A stretch of DNA of 64,000 nucleotides, from assembly GCF_001194135.2 (NCBI RefSeq), contig NC_068991.1:79654319-79718318 (forward strand). The letters are read 5' to 3'. A program made the translations under genes and the position numbers. Of the stretch, positions 11,071 to 24,192 are shown piece by piece; within the stretch, counting starts at the first letter, position 1, and the number at the start of each line of letters is the position of its first letter. This DNA comes from Octopus bimaculoides. Its lineage: Eukaryota. The notes under the pieces are model-generated. The model made no database searches, was not told the DNA's origin, and saw only the letters and a program-made list of their open reading frames with translations.

Positions 11071-14000
11071 AGGAGGTACTGCACTATACTACTAAAACAA
11101 ATGACACCTCATGGTTGTTTTACCTCCATGTGAATACAATGTTATGGTACCCAAACCAGTCTATTTTTAGTGTCTTTGTTCTAATCTGTCTGTCTGACTA
11201 ATCTCTCTGTTTGTCTCATGTATGTATGAATGTATGCATGCATGTACGTATATATAATTAGTTCATCGTTCCGCGTGATAGCAAGCATTCTGAATGAATC
11301 TGATGTGATCTTGTAAGTCAATCTCTATTGACAATGCATATTAACAAGGAGACGATGTTGGTTTGCATAACTCGGTTGTCTTTTTCACACGAATCTTGAG
11401 GTCAAATTATTTAGATACATTACAGAACACATTCAGTAGCTTTGTTGTCTGCTTTCGCTCTTGACAGACAAGCGAATTGTAATCTGTGTGCAATTGTCAT
11501 CTTGTAAACTTCTGGATGTGGTACTGACGAGGTCTACAGTTCATCCCACAAAAGGCATCTTGTAGAATGAACTGGAAAATGTCTTCCGTTCACGAAGCTG
11601 TGTTCCCAGCAGAATACAATTATTAGATACAAACATGTAAGCTCTTCTCACAGTTTGTGAGTGTGTGTTCGTACGCTCACACGGGTGTGTGTGTTTGTGA
11701 AACCGCCGTCATTTTATTAGTATGTGTTACAACATAAGAGAATGCGAAAATATACAAAATAACAAAACTACATTCGTTTACGTACAAATGAATGCATTTT
11801 CACAAACTTAATTTAAGAATCGTTGCAGAACATAATTATATTCAATATACTTATTCATGCGTTTGCCATTAATAACATCGTGACAAAGTTGCAATTTAAA
11901 ATACAGTTAAGTATTGTCTAATAACCCTTCAGAGTCGGATGGCTACTTTTACTTGAAAGATTGATCACGAGGTTATGCTCACTCTATTAGATATCATCCA
12001 TGCATAGATTAGTACGCAGCAGCAAGTTCTGTTACAGTGAAACGAGTATGTCAGCAATGCTGAATTCTCTTAGCATAACGTATTTATATATTTTATTTTT
12101 ATTATTCTTTCTGAAATTATGTTTAGTTATTACAAGTCTCTGCTATAAATATCATTAACAAAATTCATATTTCAATAAATTTCTTTTAATAGATAGCTTA
12201 TTATATAATGCCAGGACTATAATCTGTAAATTACATGCATACGCTTATTATTTTTAATGTTATTATGAAAGGTTTCCGATTCTTTCACGCGGTGCATAAA
12301 ACAAGTCAAAGCTATAAAGTGCATAAATCTGCTTTATTTTTAAGAAATTCACATATTTCCTTTTCATCCTTTGAAAATAGCATTATGAATAAGTGCCGGT
12401 TTATGCTCTAGCAACAACAGCAGCAACATCACAATCAAACAGAATTAATGAACAATATAAATATCCAATATTTTGGAGTCAACAACTGAAAGACAAAACA
12501 ACAGGAAGAATACGGATATAACTAAAGAGAAAGAAAGAAAAAGCAAGAAGAGAATATGAGTGTTAAATGTTTCTCATCTATTGCTTGAAGATAACATTTT
12601 TGTAGACTGTTTTTTTTTTCAGTTTATTGACTGATAGTTTGTTATTATTTTTAAAATCTTTGGAGTAAAGAAATGATTCATAACACAGCAAAGTATAAAG
12701 AAGTCTAACACGTCAAACATTCATTATTTAGTCGATAATTTTCTATAATATTTGAATGGCGTGTTATATAAACCATAGCACTGATATTGTAAGGTTGTAT
12801 GGTATTTAATATCATTACCACGTCTAGCTACTGATTAAATTTCTTGTTTCGAAATATGACCCGATGTTCTATATTAACTGATGTTAGTTAATTATTTTTA
12901 CTGATAAATAATTAATAAGAATTGATTTTCGGTAATTAGTGTCACTTGAAAGGTAATGGTATCTGTGCACTACGGCAGGAAATGTAATTCTGGTTGAATG
13001 CTGAAAGTGTATACTCTTATCTCTCACTAGACATATCGTTCGAATAATTCTGAGAGAGTAACTGAAGCAGAATCGTAGTGGTTTTGGAGATTATTGTCTG
13101 TCTATGGAATGCATATATTTCCCATAACTGCATACGATAGTATCCCATTTCAATGTCATTTTCATTTATTGTTGTCGTTTGTGTACCTTTGAGCATGCAA
13201 ATATGTATGCGTACGGTCACCTGCGATAGAGAGCTGTATGTGGGTTTCGTATATTGTTAAAATTGTTATTCCTCTTTTAGTTATTTCCAACCAAACACTC
13301 TCTGTCCATTTTTTGACATAATTTAAGTATCATTAAACACTAGGCTGTTAGGAAATTCGTGGCATCTTTCCTGTTAATTTACAATATTCCTAAATCATCT
13401 GATAAAGATCCCTTAAATATAATAAATGTAGATGCAACAAATAGGGCAGTCTCAATTCTACGATAATTCTTAAAAGCTGGATACAGTGTCACTCGTCAGA
13501 AATGATCTCCATAATCTAAGATTCTTGGATATGTTGGAATTAATTGCTTTCTGTATTGCATTTTCGGGCTTCAACCTCAATATAAATGCAGATATGGGCA
13601 AGCAATAGTAGCTATCTATTGTCTGCCAGTAACTGTGCTAAACTGTAGGAGTACAATGCGCTCCTAAGTCTTGGACGAATGAAAGGAAAATGGAAAACAT
13701 TGGGTGTGAGTACAGACATTGTGAAGCATGGTTATAAGATTAAACGATCAGATCATCAGAAAATAGTCTTGCACACCTATCACCATAATCTGTTCTGCCT
13801 TGTGTGGTTATCTCGGATGATGTAGACTCATTTATATACTACCAACAAATGGATAGCGCAATATGATAGATTATAAGAGCCAGACGAGTTTTAACCGACC
13901 TAATTTTACATCACGTGTTGATATACGAAATGGAATGAGCAAAAATATTTTAGTTAATTAAAATTTTAAAAAACCGTTACTATAATGATTAATTCTAATC

Positions 14001-14290
14001 GAGGAGGTCAAGAAAACCCCGGAAGTAAAAGTAATTAAAAACAGAATGCAATAGAGACTGCATATGCCCCAATAGCTTGATATTTTAGATTTTCGAATTA
14101 TCATGTCATGAACTACAAGTTCAAAACATTTGTGTACATGCCATTAAACACTCTGCTGCAAAATTAAACAAAAACACATCGTATTTTCTTATTATGCTCA
14201 CAATTTGGTCTGATAAAATAATTGTAAAGCATTAACAATAAAATGCCGAAAGGGATAATTTTAAAAAAGAGAGAAACAGGGAGAAGCAGT

Positions 14291-14293
<3 letters not shown>

Positions 14294-14352
<59 letters not shown>

Positions 14353-14362
14353 GATAGACAGA
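14294..14362. repeat. (GA)n/(GACA)n compound microsatellite
   Basis: Directly visible tandem array. Confidence 0.95.
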
Positions 14363-15049
14363 GAAAGACAGAGAAGGAGAGAGCATTGTTTAAAGTGATC
14401 GTTCTAAATATCAGTGTTCTAAGCTGAAGACTTCAGAAATCTATTTCTGTAAATAACGTTTAATGAATTGAATTTCTAACTTGATGTTCACTTCTTGCTG
14501 AATAATTCTGATGGCAGAAAATTGACAAGCCAAATACTTTCAGTGTAATTTGTGAGCGTTTAATTAAGAGAGAGAGAGAGAGAGAGAGAGAAAGAGGGGG
14601 GAGAGAGAGGGAGAGAGATTGGGAGAACGGGAGAGAGATGTACTACAGGAGTCTATCTACTTGAAGAAGAAAATATAAACGGTCTACCGCAGCTGAAACA
14701 ATCACCTTAGGGTCAAGTTCATTGATTACATGAAACGATTAAGCTTCAACCCATTATATAATATCACAAAAGTTTGAAGATTAAGTCTTTTCTTCGTATC
14801 AAACATGAGATAATTAACAACACGTCTTTTATTCATTTGAAAACTAAACGATTTGAATCTAACTCGTTCTAAATGTGGAGTATGAGGTTAGTTTGGCAAC
14901 GACGTATGTAATTACGCGGTGGTGAATTGATAAATACTAGTGCGTGATGTAGAAATACGGAAATTCTGTTAACAAGTTGGTTGGATGAGTGTTTTGCATG
15001 AGAGAAAGAGTTTGAAGTTGTGAATTGTATATGGAGATGTTATTCAAGG

Positions 15050-15055
<6 letters not shown>

Positions 15056-15130
<75 letters not shown>
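15056..15130. repeat. (TG)n microsatellite
   Basis: Directly visible tandem array. Confidence 0.95.
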
Positions 15131-15132
<2 letters not shown>

Positions 15133-16276
15133 TAGATTGAGAAGCAATAAATAGTGTGTGGAAACGGTTGTATTAACTGGTTTTGTGTAAAGTGGGATTC
15201 GAATTGGCGAATACTTGAAATTGATAATGCCAATTTAACATGCATGCTTCTCATATTGACTTCGATATGATGTGATTGATTTCCCTGTGGTATGCAACAA
15301 TGGTTTCTAAATAAGGATTCAAATGCACATAATATAAGCAGGACGGTGATAAATTTCCACTTGAATCCCTTTGCGTGGTATCCTAAAGTAACATGATGTA
15401 TCACAACTTGTTACCAGCCGTCTGATGGATTGCACCGTTAATTCAAGTGTTCAAATTTGTTATGCATTGTGCAACACTATTTCGGCCGCAAAATTTCGCT
15501 ATTAACCACAACCGCCAGTCCAAGGCATTTTTCCGAGTTTAACCTAAATGGCCATACTTGTTTTCTGACATTTAGTAGGTACTAGTTTCATACGCGCTTA
15601 GTATTATATTGCTATCCTTTCATAAGTCCCAAGATTCTCTGGTGTCTGAAAAAAAATTGTTAATTTGTAAGATATATGATGCATGATCACGTATGGAAGT
15701 GTAACTTGTGTATCATTCCTAACACCCAGAACAAAGAAACAGTCAAGGAACCCACTAACAGGATAATGTAATGAGTAAGAAGTTTAACGAGAAGTAGATC
15801 GAACAGCTGAGTGCTCATCGATAAAACTGATAAAAAACCGATAAAAAAAACCTCTCTTCATAACATAACAAAAGCAATCAAGTAAACTACATCCTCGAAT
15901 TTCTGACTTAAGAGCTGGAAGCCGAAGAGCATGTCTGTGTCTGCTCACGACATCATGGCAGACGCTGATCATTGTAATCCTCATCGGCGTCAGAGATCGG
16001 CAATATCTAGTTTTGTATGATGTATGTGTTTGCTCGAATGTATGTGCATGTACACATACACACATGCATACGCACACACATAGCTAAATACACACAAATA
16101 CTTTATTTATCTCCCACTGGATGGAATGTTTTCTTTTTTCGTTGATCCTACCAATTAACGGACACGTTATACTATACATTCACCCTCCACACACACACAC
16201 ACGCACACATAAATATATATATACACACAGATAGCACATACTCAAACACACACATGCATACATACACGCACACACA

Positions 16277-16320
<44 letters not shown>

Positions 16321-16464
16321 NNNNNNNNNNNNNNNNNNNNNNNNNNNNNNNNNNNNNNNNNNNNNNNNNNNNNNNNNNNNNNNNNNTTCGTGGTAAGGCG
16401 ACTTGACGTCTGTCTTTAGCATATTAGGAGTCCACTTTGGTGATCATTCCTCTTAATTTCTATG

Positions 16465-16508
<44 letters not shown>

Positions 16509-16559
16509 ATGTATATATATATATAAGTATACATATAAACAGAAAGAAAGCAAAGACAA

Positions 16560-16990
16560 TAAATATATAGGTATTTATAGTGATAGATCAAACTTACACA
16601 GCGTATAAAAGGCACAGAAAATTAAAGGAGAAGAGGTAAGGTGTTATAAGTCCAACAGCTGTTTCTGGGGGCTCGGAGATTCATTATGATATTGGTAGAT
16701 GTAGCTTACCAGAATATCAAGATCATAATTGATGCAAATAATCATTGGTTAAATCGAACCTCCGTCATTAGGGTAGAAAAGAATTTTACAACTCAGATTA
16801 TGACGCAGAGAAGTTTAAAGGTTAAAATGTTTAAATGAGGAGGAACAACAGTTTTGGAAGAAGGAAGCTTGGTGAGAGTGTGNNNNNNNNNNTTTAAATG
16901 AGGAGGAACAATAGTTTTGGAAGAAGGAAGCTTGGTGAGAGTGTGGGGAATGTTGAGGTAGTAAAAGGAGTTAGGTGATTCAGTTTCGGA
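16560..16990 (-). mobile_element. Penelope-like element terminal repeat (pLTR) remnant with degenerate hammerhead motif
   Basis: Minus strand has a C/T-rich tract, then cctaatgacggag...ctccgagcccccagaaacagctgttggact. CTAATGA (for CTGATGA) and GAAAC-AGCT-GT match the minimal hammerhead with palindromic helix III described for Penelope-like elements. No coding remnant was recognised. Confidence 0.55.
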
Positions 16991-17121
16991 AGATGGCGGT
17001 GGGGTGGGGCTAAACTATTTGCTTACCTTGATTCCTCTTCTAGCCATTCTTTTCCCCGCAGAATTGGTCCCTCATAAAGACATCGGAGTGTTGACTTTAC
17101 ATATCTGTATGTATGTATGTT

Positions 17122-17156
<35 letters not shown>

Positions 17157-19363
17157 GCATATATGTAAGTATACATATTCAATGACTCAAAATACGCTTA
17201 TTTATCACGAGGGCAAGATGGCGTTTGTATTCAAATGATTTATTTATTCTATCGACTATATTGAAAATAACTCCAACTCTACACGATTTTACTTTCCATG
17301 AGGTCAAACAAAATATTTCCAGGTAATCATTGAACTCGATCCTAAGGTTTTAGTTCCATCTTCAATGGTCCGTTAAACTTTTGAAGTAAAATAATTCGTA
17401 TGTATTTTTTGCTTTCAATTTTTCTCTTATATGAGTAAATACACTCCTACATCTTTTCCACATTTCATTACTTCATATGTGAACAGTTAATCTAATGAGG
17501 TATCTTTTATGTCAAGCTAACAAAACGAAGATTTAAATGTTGTTTTTTCCCCATGTTACGCTAAGGAGAATTATAAACTTTTCAATATGTAAACTTTATC
17601 AGAATAATGCAGACTTTTATTTAATATGGGCTTCTTTTGTATAACATAATAAAGAAATTTATGTATTATTCCTAAGGGATAGATACTTCCTACGCTATTT
17701 TTTTTTTATATTATACTCTACAGAGTTCACTATGATAAAATGTTTTCGCATGACAAAAGATTTTATAGGTATCATAAAAACAAATTATTTCAGCTTCTGA
17801 GAATATGTTCTTTGCCTTAACACTTCTTTATTCTTCAAATCCGATTTCTTTTTTCAATAGATTTTATGCAAATATATCAAAAGAAATTCTTGCTATTATA
17901 TCATATCTATCCTCAATGTAGATTTATTTCACTGGTTATTCTACCCATAAAATACTGTTCGTGTGGTTTAAGCATTCGAATGCACCATAAACACTTATAA
18001 TCTAGGTTTCGGTATTGATTTTCAATGTAAAGTAATCATAGTTGAATATATTGCTTGTCATTTAATCTCAAGTTTTTCTCAAATTTTCATTAAAAAAAAA
18101 AATCATAAAATGAAAAATTGCTTCAATCCTGTATAACAATTGCTTAGCTACCATTTTAGAAAATTACCGATTATCAGTGTGCTTTTTATATTATATATCT
18201 TCAAAATATAATGATTTCATATTCATATTTTCTTTCATTTCGAAAATAATTTAATAATAAAACTAAAATTGATGAAAAGTAAATGAAATATCTAAATGAA
18301 GCACTGGTTACAAGAATTTAAGTAATATTGATATCGGCGAATGTTCATAAGCCCAATATTGTACATATATCAAATTCGACTTATATTTATACGATATTTA
18401 ACAGAGAAACTACTCGTATAAAAAAAAATGTCAATATTGTAATTGTCTACCGTTGCATATCACGATATATTACTAAACTGATTGTCATTTCTCATAATCA
18501 ATTCGGACATCACATGGGAGACAGGATTGAATATATTGTCTTACGTTAATATGAACATGATGACATTTATCATATCTAATTTCTCAGGAAACAGAACATA
18601 GCTCATATATTTCCATGTTACACTGAGTCGTAGAAAGATATATACTCACATATAGAAAATATATTTATAATACTACATCCACATTAAAAATCAAATGATT
18701 CATTTACAACTTACCAAAAATTGAACATCATACCTCTTATAACAATAATTGTTTTCTGAACAATAAATATTATCTTTACAGATGTCACATTTTCTTATTT
18801 ATATCTAGACAAGGTTTCGATAAGCTTCATCATTCCAGAATGTGTATATTGCTTCAATTTGGCATAGAAATAGAAATGTTTCATTTCCTAGAAACATTTA
18901 TGACAATATAAATAAATCATTATTCTTTGAATCTAGTTATATATTGTACATTTCTAAGAATAAGACAGCTAATGTTGTGTGGGAATTAGACCTGTCTTAT
19001 CAAAGTGTACATTATATTTAGATATTTTCCTCTCAAAAAGATGGGGCCACTAACAAGTAAGCATGTTATTAACTACCACTAATCTCAGATAATTGTATAT
19101 TTAATCGCGTATCTACTTCCGTACTTTTCCATGCATCTCAATCGATAACTAAAAGCTTAATAGATGATCTCTTCATATGTAGACTGATGCAAAGTCGAAA
19201 CCAAGTTAAATGCGCGCACACACACAAGCGTACACAACTGGTATATATGTATATATACAGAGCGTAAGACAGAGAGGTTAAAATACGCATATATTCGTGT
19301 ACATTTAATTAGATAATACGAGTATGTGCATAACATAAACCAGCATGTGAGTACATACACGCA

Positions 19364-19364
<1 letters not shown>

Positions 19365-19445
<81 letters not shown>

Positions 19446-19448
19446 CAC
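19365..19448. repeat. (CA)n microsatellite
   Basis: Directly visible tandem array. Confidence 0.95.
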
Positions 19449-19914
19449 ATATGTATATATGCATATCGATAGAACAAATAGAATTATATTCAAATTAAGA
19501 TAAGTTATAGGTTTTTGTTACGCACATCGTAAAGAATTACACATAATTAATAGGGCGCGTTAATTATTAGGGAATATCATTCAATTGAAATTATTAATGA
19601 ATCTTCATTAAAATTGCCATAGTTTCCTGTATAAACACCGCATAATTAGTGTTCGCATTTCTAATAATCGAATTAGTAATGGTTAACGTTATATATTAGT
19701 GAAACTGTAATATTTCATATATTACAGCAGACAATGCATAATTTTCTATGTCTAGGCTAAGTTAATAGTTTAATTAATGAATCCATGTCGAAAGATATTT
19801 AATGCCAATTTTCTATCCAATCATTAGCGACACAAAAAGAATGTAATATTAAGACAACCGCTGTAGAGTTTTGTTTCCATGATACGTGCTGATGCACAAT
19901 ATGTTAGCCGATAT

Positions 19915-20045
19915 CAGCTGAGTTCAACTTTGTCTCTTATTCTTCCGGGGTAGGTAAAATAACACACCAGTCATATACTAGGGTCGATGTTATCAACTTA
20001 CCCGCTCCCCTTAAAATTGCTGTCTTTGTGCCAAAGTTAGAATTA
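19915..20045 (+). mobile_element. SINE family A, diverged 3' half
   Basis: gagttcaactttgtctcttattcttccggggtaggtaaaata...ccagtcatatactagggtcgatgttatcaactta...aaattgctgtctttgtgccaaagttagaa aligns with the 3' half of the other family A copies. Confidence 0.65.
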
Positions 20046-20889
20046 TTTATGCGAATGTCTACAACTCCTCCATAACAACTCTGTACTAACCCACTTTAGT
20101 ACATGACATGGATTTTTTGAAGTTAGTAAAATGGTGAGGTAAAACGTATGGCAATTCCTGTCCATAGAAAACGCTGTCCTGTTCGCTGCAGGCATCGTTC
20201 TTCCGTAGTATACTGTAATCTTAATTATACACGGCACTGTTTGGTTAACCAACAAGTGCACATGCAATTTACAGAGAGCATACTCTCTTCACTTTCGATT
20301 CAAGTAAGAATTTATCAATTGAATATTAAAACAGCAATAATGCAGGCACCAGTATGAAACAACATTTTGTGAGAAAATTTCATATTTTATGGTCAAACTC
20401 AAACGGTATTTACTAAAGGCCCACCTTACTCTTTCTATTAAATTGATCGAAAGGGGTGGGAAGGGATTAAAACTATGTCATATCATATCCTTTTATTACC
20501 CTAATTACATCTGCCAAAGCTGAATTCTTAGAGAATTACGAACTTGATTGATTGAAAACGGTTTTGCGATGAAGTCTTAAGGAGATGAATGAGAGGAAAT
20601 AATTTCTACAAAGAAACGTGCGCCAAATTGAGTTACATGAAAGTCTTCTGGTATTTCATTATATGTCACCGAATGTTTAATCTTGATTGCTGTAAGACAA
20701 AGTAGATGACGCCACTCCTGCTGCTGCTGCTGCTTTTATAGCTAATGCTAAGGAGTTTAATCGCTATGCTGTAGATCCATCCCAGGCCTAGTGGCCTTAG
20801 AAATCGATTTCTAACGCTGCTCTTAAGTGTTTCTTTATATTAAGCTCTAGATAGATGAAAGATATTTCTCATCACAAGGGTTCAATTCC

Positions 20890-21107
20890 CGAGCTGGAAG
20901 AATTGTTAGCACGCTGGGCAAAATGCTTAGCAGCATTTTATTCGTCTCTACGTTCTGAGTTCAAATTCCGCCGTGGTCGACTTTACTTTTCATCACTTCG
21001 GGGTCGATAAAGTAAGTACTAGTCGAGCATTGTCATCAATTACATTAAGTCCTTCCCTCACATTTCAGGCCTTGTGTCTACAAGTTGAAAGGATTATTAC
21101 TATTATT
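20890..21107 (+). mobile_element. SINE family A with (ATT)n tail
   Basis: cgagctggaagaattgttagcacgctgggcaaaatgcttagc...gttctgagttcaaattccgccgtggtcgacttt...cttcggggtcgataaagtaagtactagt...gaaaggattattactattatt. Confidence 0.9.
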
Positions 21108-21124
21108 TAGTGTTTCAAAACCAA

Positions 21125-22195
21125 ATTATTATTTGGTCTTTCAAGTGTTCATAAAAGACAAACGTTCTGTAAGAGCTTTACGGGCATTCTATTTCAATCT
21201 CCAGCCATTTGTTTTTAATTTCGTTTCTCCTCCCAAAGCACAACCTTTACTGTTCCCACGTTCCAAATTCTTCCTATTTCAAATTTTAAGGGATTGTATT
21301 TGTTTTATTTTTCTTCCAGTTTTTTTATGATCCTGGAATCAAACGGACAAGATGGGTCAATAAGTAAGCAACTTAACTCGTCCTTAATTATAATCGTTAA
21401 GTGAGGTCTATTATTTTCTAATTTTTCGTCCGTGTGAATAGGAAAATTCCATAAAAATTCTATATTTCTCCGACACCATTACTCTTTCGATTCGATAATT
21501 GTTCCATGTGTTTCCAGCTTCAAATCTCCAGTTTCTGGCAGTTTCCAGTGTAAAACTTTTACAAGCTGATCGTGCCTCCATTTCTTATAGTCTTCCTGTG
21601 CCAACTTGCGGCATTCTTCCACAATGTGTGCCACTGTCTCGTTCCAACTTCCAAAGACTCTACATTTTCCTGACACATTCTCTCGATATATTTTTCTCAC
21701 GTTGTTTATTTTTATCGCTTGAACTTGGGCTGCTAAAATTAGGCTCTCTGCTTCTTTTTATAATTTCCCCTCCCCTTTTTTTTAAACCAAGCCCATGATT
21801 TTGTTCCACATACGTCTTCAGAGGATCTCCAAATTTGACCATGCAGAGGTTTGTCTTCGATCTGTCTTTGTATTTAATTCCTGTCTTTTTCGCCTATTGC
21901 GCACTTGATCACCTGTTCTTTCTTCACTTAAGTAGTTTTCTGTGCTGCTCTATAAAACATTCTACTGGGCGTTTTCTTTCCATTTGTACACATTTTGCTA
22001 TGGCTATTAAGTCTCTTGCACCCTCGTACCTCCTCAAGTACATCCAGTTGGTATCAGATTTCGGATCGTGGGTTCCATACATTGTCAACAACTTTCTGGT
22101 TTTTTTCTGTCACGTTTCTTTATATCGTTTTTGGTCCAATCTATAATTGCAACTCCATATCCGGTTAAGGGTACTGTTCTTGAATTTATTGCTTT
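21125..22195 (-). mobile_element. R4/Dong-type (REL endonuclease) LINE, 5'-truncated copy B
   Basis: Frameshifted minus-strand motifs in order: TKNDIKKRDRKTRKLLTMYGTHDPKSD (RT C-terminus), KCRVFGSWNETVAHIVEECRKLAQEDYKKWRHD (CCHC), FLWNFPIHTDEKLENNRPHLTIIIKDELSCLLIDPSCPFD...EEK.NKY (PD..D REL nuclease), IECP/VKLLQNVCLL. It ends in a TAA tract. Confidence 0.85.
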
Positions 22196-22212
22196 AATAA
22201 CATTTTTTTCTT

Positions 22213-22590
22213 TAATATTAATATTATTATTATTATTATCATTAAAACTCATAGCCTATTTTGTGCGGTATGATGGAAAATACCAGCTGCCCACAGCCAA
22301 CAGACCAAGGTGAGACTTGTTTTCTGGTCATGCTTCAAGAATCCTGCGAATAAGTTTTGCAGTTCCATGCAATGCTGATTTTTGTAAGTGTTCTAGCTTC
22401 ACATTTACTCTGATTCTTTTCAGCCATGTTGGTAGTTGAGTGCTAATACTTGCAAGTGCACCAATTACTATTGGGGGCACTTCTACTCTCTTCATCGACC
22501 ACAACCTTCGTATTTCCCACTTAAAACGTCATAGTTGTTTGCTTTTTTCTTCTTTCACATCGCTCAATATTTCAGCATCTCTTTTCATAT
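22213..22590 (-). mobile_element. R4/Dong-type LINE, short 3' end copy A with (TAA)n tail
   Basis: Minus strand KWEIRRLWSMKRVEVPPIVIGALASIS...LEHLQKSALHGTAKLIRRILEA* is the typical R4/Dong C-terminus, followed by a short 3' UTR and the (TAA)n tract at 22213-22243. Confidence 0.85.
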
Positions 22591-23856
22591 ATATATTTTT
22601 AGAATACCACCATTGCTAGTCCTCAGAAATTAATTGAGTAGCAAGTTTATATGAATAACGGAATGTTTGAAAATATAATTAAAAAATTGATTCACAATTC
22701 CCACATCGCTAAACCCAAAACATGTCAACTGTAAGCAAAATTAGTAGTCTTTCCATAGATGTAATAATTTCGATAGTAATCAATGTGCATTAATGAAAAT
22801 CAAAAGCACTTTGTAATTAGTGTTATTATATTAAATACAATGAACCTCTTGTTAAAATGATAACAGGATGATGTAAAAATATAAGCTTAATGATGAATAT
22901 TAGATTACTAAAACAGAGAGCACCACGCGTTTTTCATTCTTCTTAGACTTCGTCAATTTTATTTTGTACCCAGATATGCATTTCTAACAGACATGTTTTT
23001 AGTACTAGACTTGAAATATCTCTAAGTTTCCATTTGAAAAGCTAATGTAATTTCACTGCAATAGAAGCAGAAAGATTTCGTAATAAATAATAGAATATTG
23101 AATAAGAAGAAAGAACATTTTTATGATTCCCTATACGTGTCTGAAAGAACAGTAATATTTCAGACGATGTAAGCTAGAAAGTTTTCTAATGGATTTCACA
23201 GACATATATATCAATAATAAATATTCGATAGCAGTTTCTTTCTAATTTGTGCTCACATACTAACAAAGAAAACCTAAACAGAGAAGTAAAATAATTTCTA
23301 TCTCCTTATTCAAAAATTTCCTTTTGCTCGAAGCAATATCAATCTTATAAATTTCAAAACAATGTTAAATGCTCGAAAGATAGCAGCAGCAGGTATACGT
23401 TAGATTCCGAATTGAGAAGTTCATGGACCAATGGTTACGATGTTAGCCTAATGACTATAAAGTTGTGAGATCTGACGTTGATTTATTACACACTAGTTTA
23501 GTTTACTCAGTTTCAACCGCATTGTAATGCACCCATAGTTTCGTTCAGTCTCTTCGTGGATGTTTCACAGAGTAATTGAAAGAGAGAGGCAGTTCTGGGT
23601 CTACATCTGTTCGTGGATACATACGCACCTAAACTAAATAGCGAAGACATGTTGCATGGCATGTATTATCATGTATTACTAAGCCATTTTCACATGCAAT
23701 CATAGCTGGATGGACTTTGTTATGCATCATGTAAACAAACAAATATTTCTTCTTTTGCTAGAAGCGTCGAAAATGTGCATTCTACGAAACAAATAAGCTA
23801 ATATTTTCAAAAGCAGGGTTGAGCAGCAGAGATACTGGCGGAAAAAATTGCCAGCA

Positions 23857-23929
23857 AACAGCCATGGGACTCGAAACCATATTCTTCAAACATTCCGGCT
23901 GAGTGCTTTACCATTAAGCTAAACAGCCC
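23857..23929 (-). pseudogene. tRNA-like sequence (tRNA pseudogene or isolated SINE head)
   Basis: GGGCTGTTTAGCTTAATGGTAAAGC...ATGGTTTCGAGTCCCAT has an A-box, a B-box and a T-arm, but the 3' end (GGCTGTT) cannot pair with the 5' end, so there is no acceptor stem. Confidence 0.6.
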
Positions 23930-24095
23930 ACTGACAAATTCATCACCGGATTTACACGCTAAATACTTTAGATTTATAGAATAACCATGTATGTATAAAT
24001 GTAAGCACGGAAATATTTGTTCTTACATTAGAAGCGTTGAAAATATGTTTTCCACGATACAAATAAGATGTTTGTTTATTGTTATGCACACATGG

Positions 24096-24192
24096 TTGAT
24101 GATGATGATGATGGTGACGACGACGACGATGATGATGATGGTGGTGGTGATGATGATGATGATGATGAAGATGATGATGACGATGATGATAA
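24096..24192. repeat. (GAT)n trinucleotide microsatellite with GAC/GGT variants
   Basis: Directly visible. It explains the poly-H, poly-D and poly-M ORFs in the track. Confidence 0.95.

Noticed and set aside
12960-13640. Cadherin-like fragments on the minus strand (TNDNN, NGILSYAVMGN, TTINEN)
   Set aside because: Spacing between motifs is incompatible with a cadherin repeat, and they overlap in competing frames.
17230-18560. Scattered LRR-like and C-x-C peptides (IIELDPKV, KYCSCGL, KLIVISHNQF)
   Set aside because: Very AT-rich DNA generates such peptides by composition. The motifs lie in unrelated frames with no coherent order.
23857-23929. Functional tRNA gene
   Set aside because: No acceptor stem can form and the anticodon arm is disordered. 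Recorded only as a tRNA-like pseudogene or SINE head.
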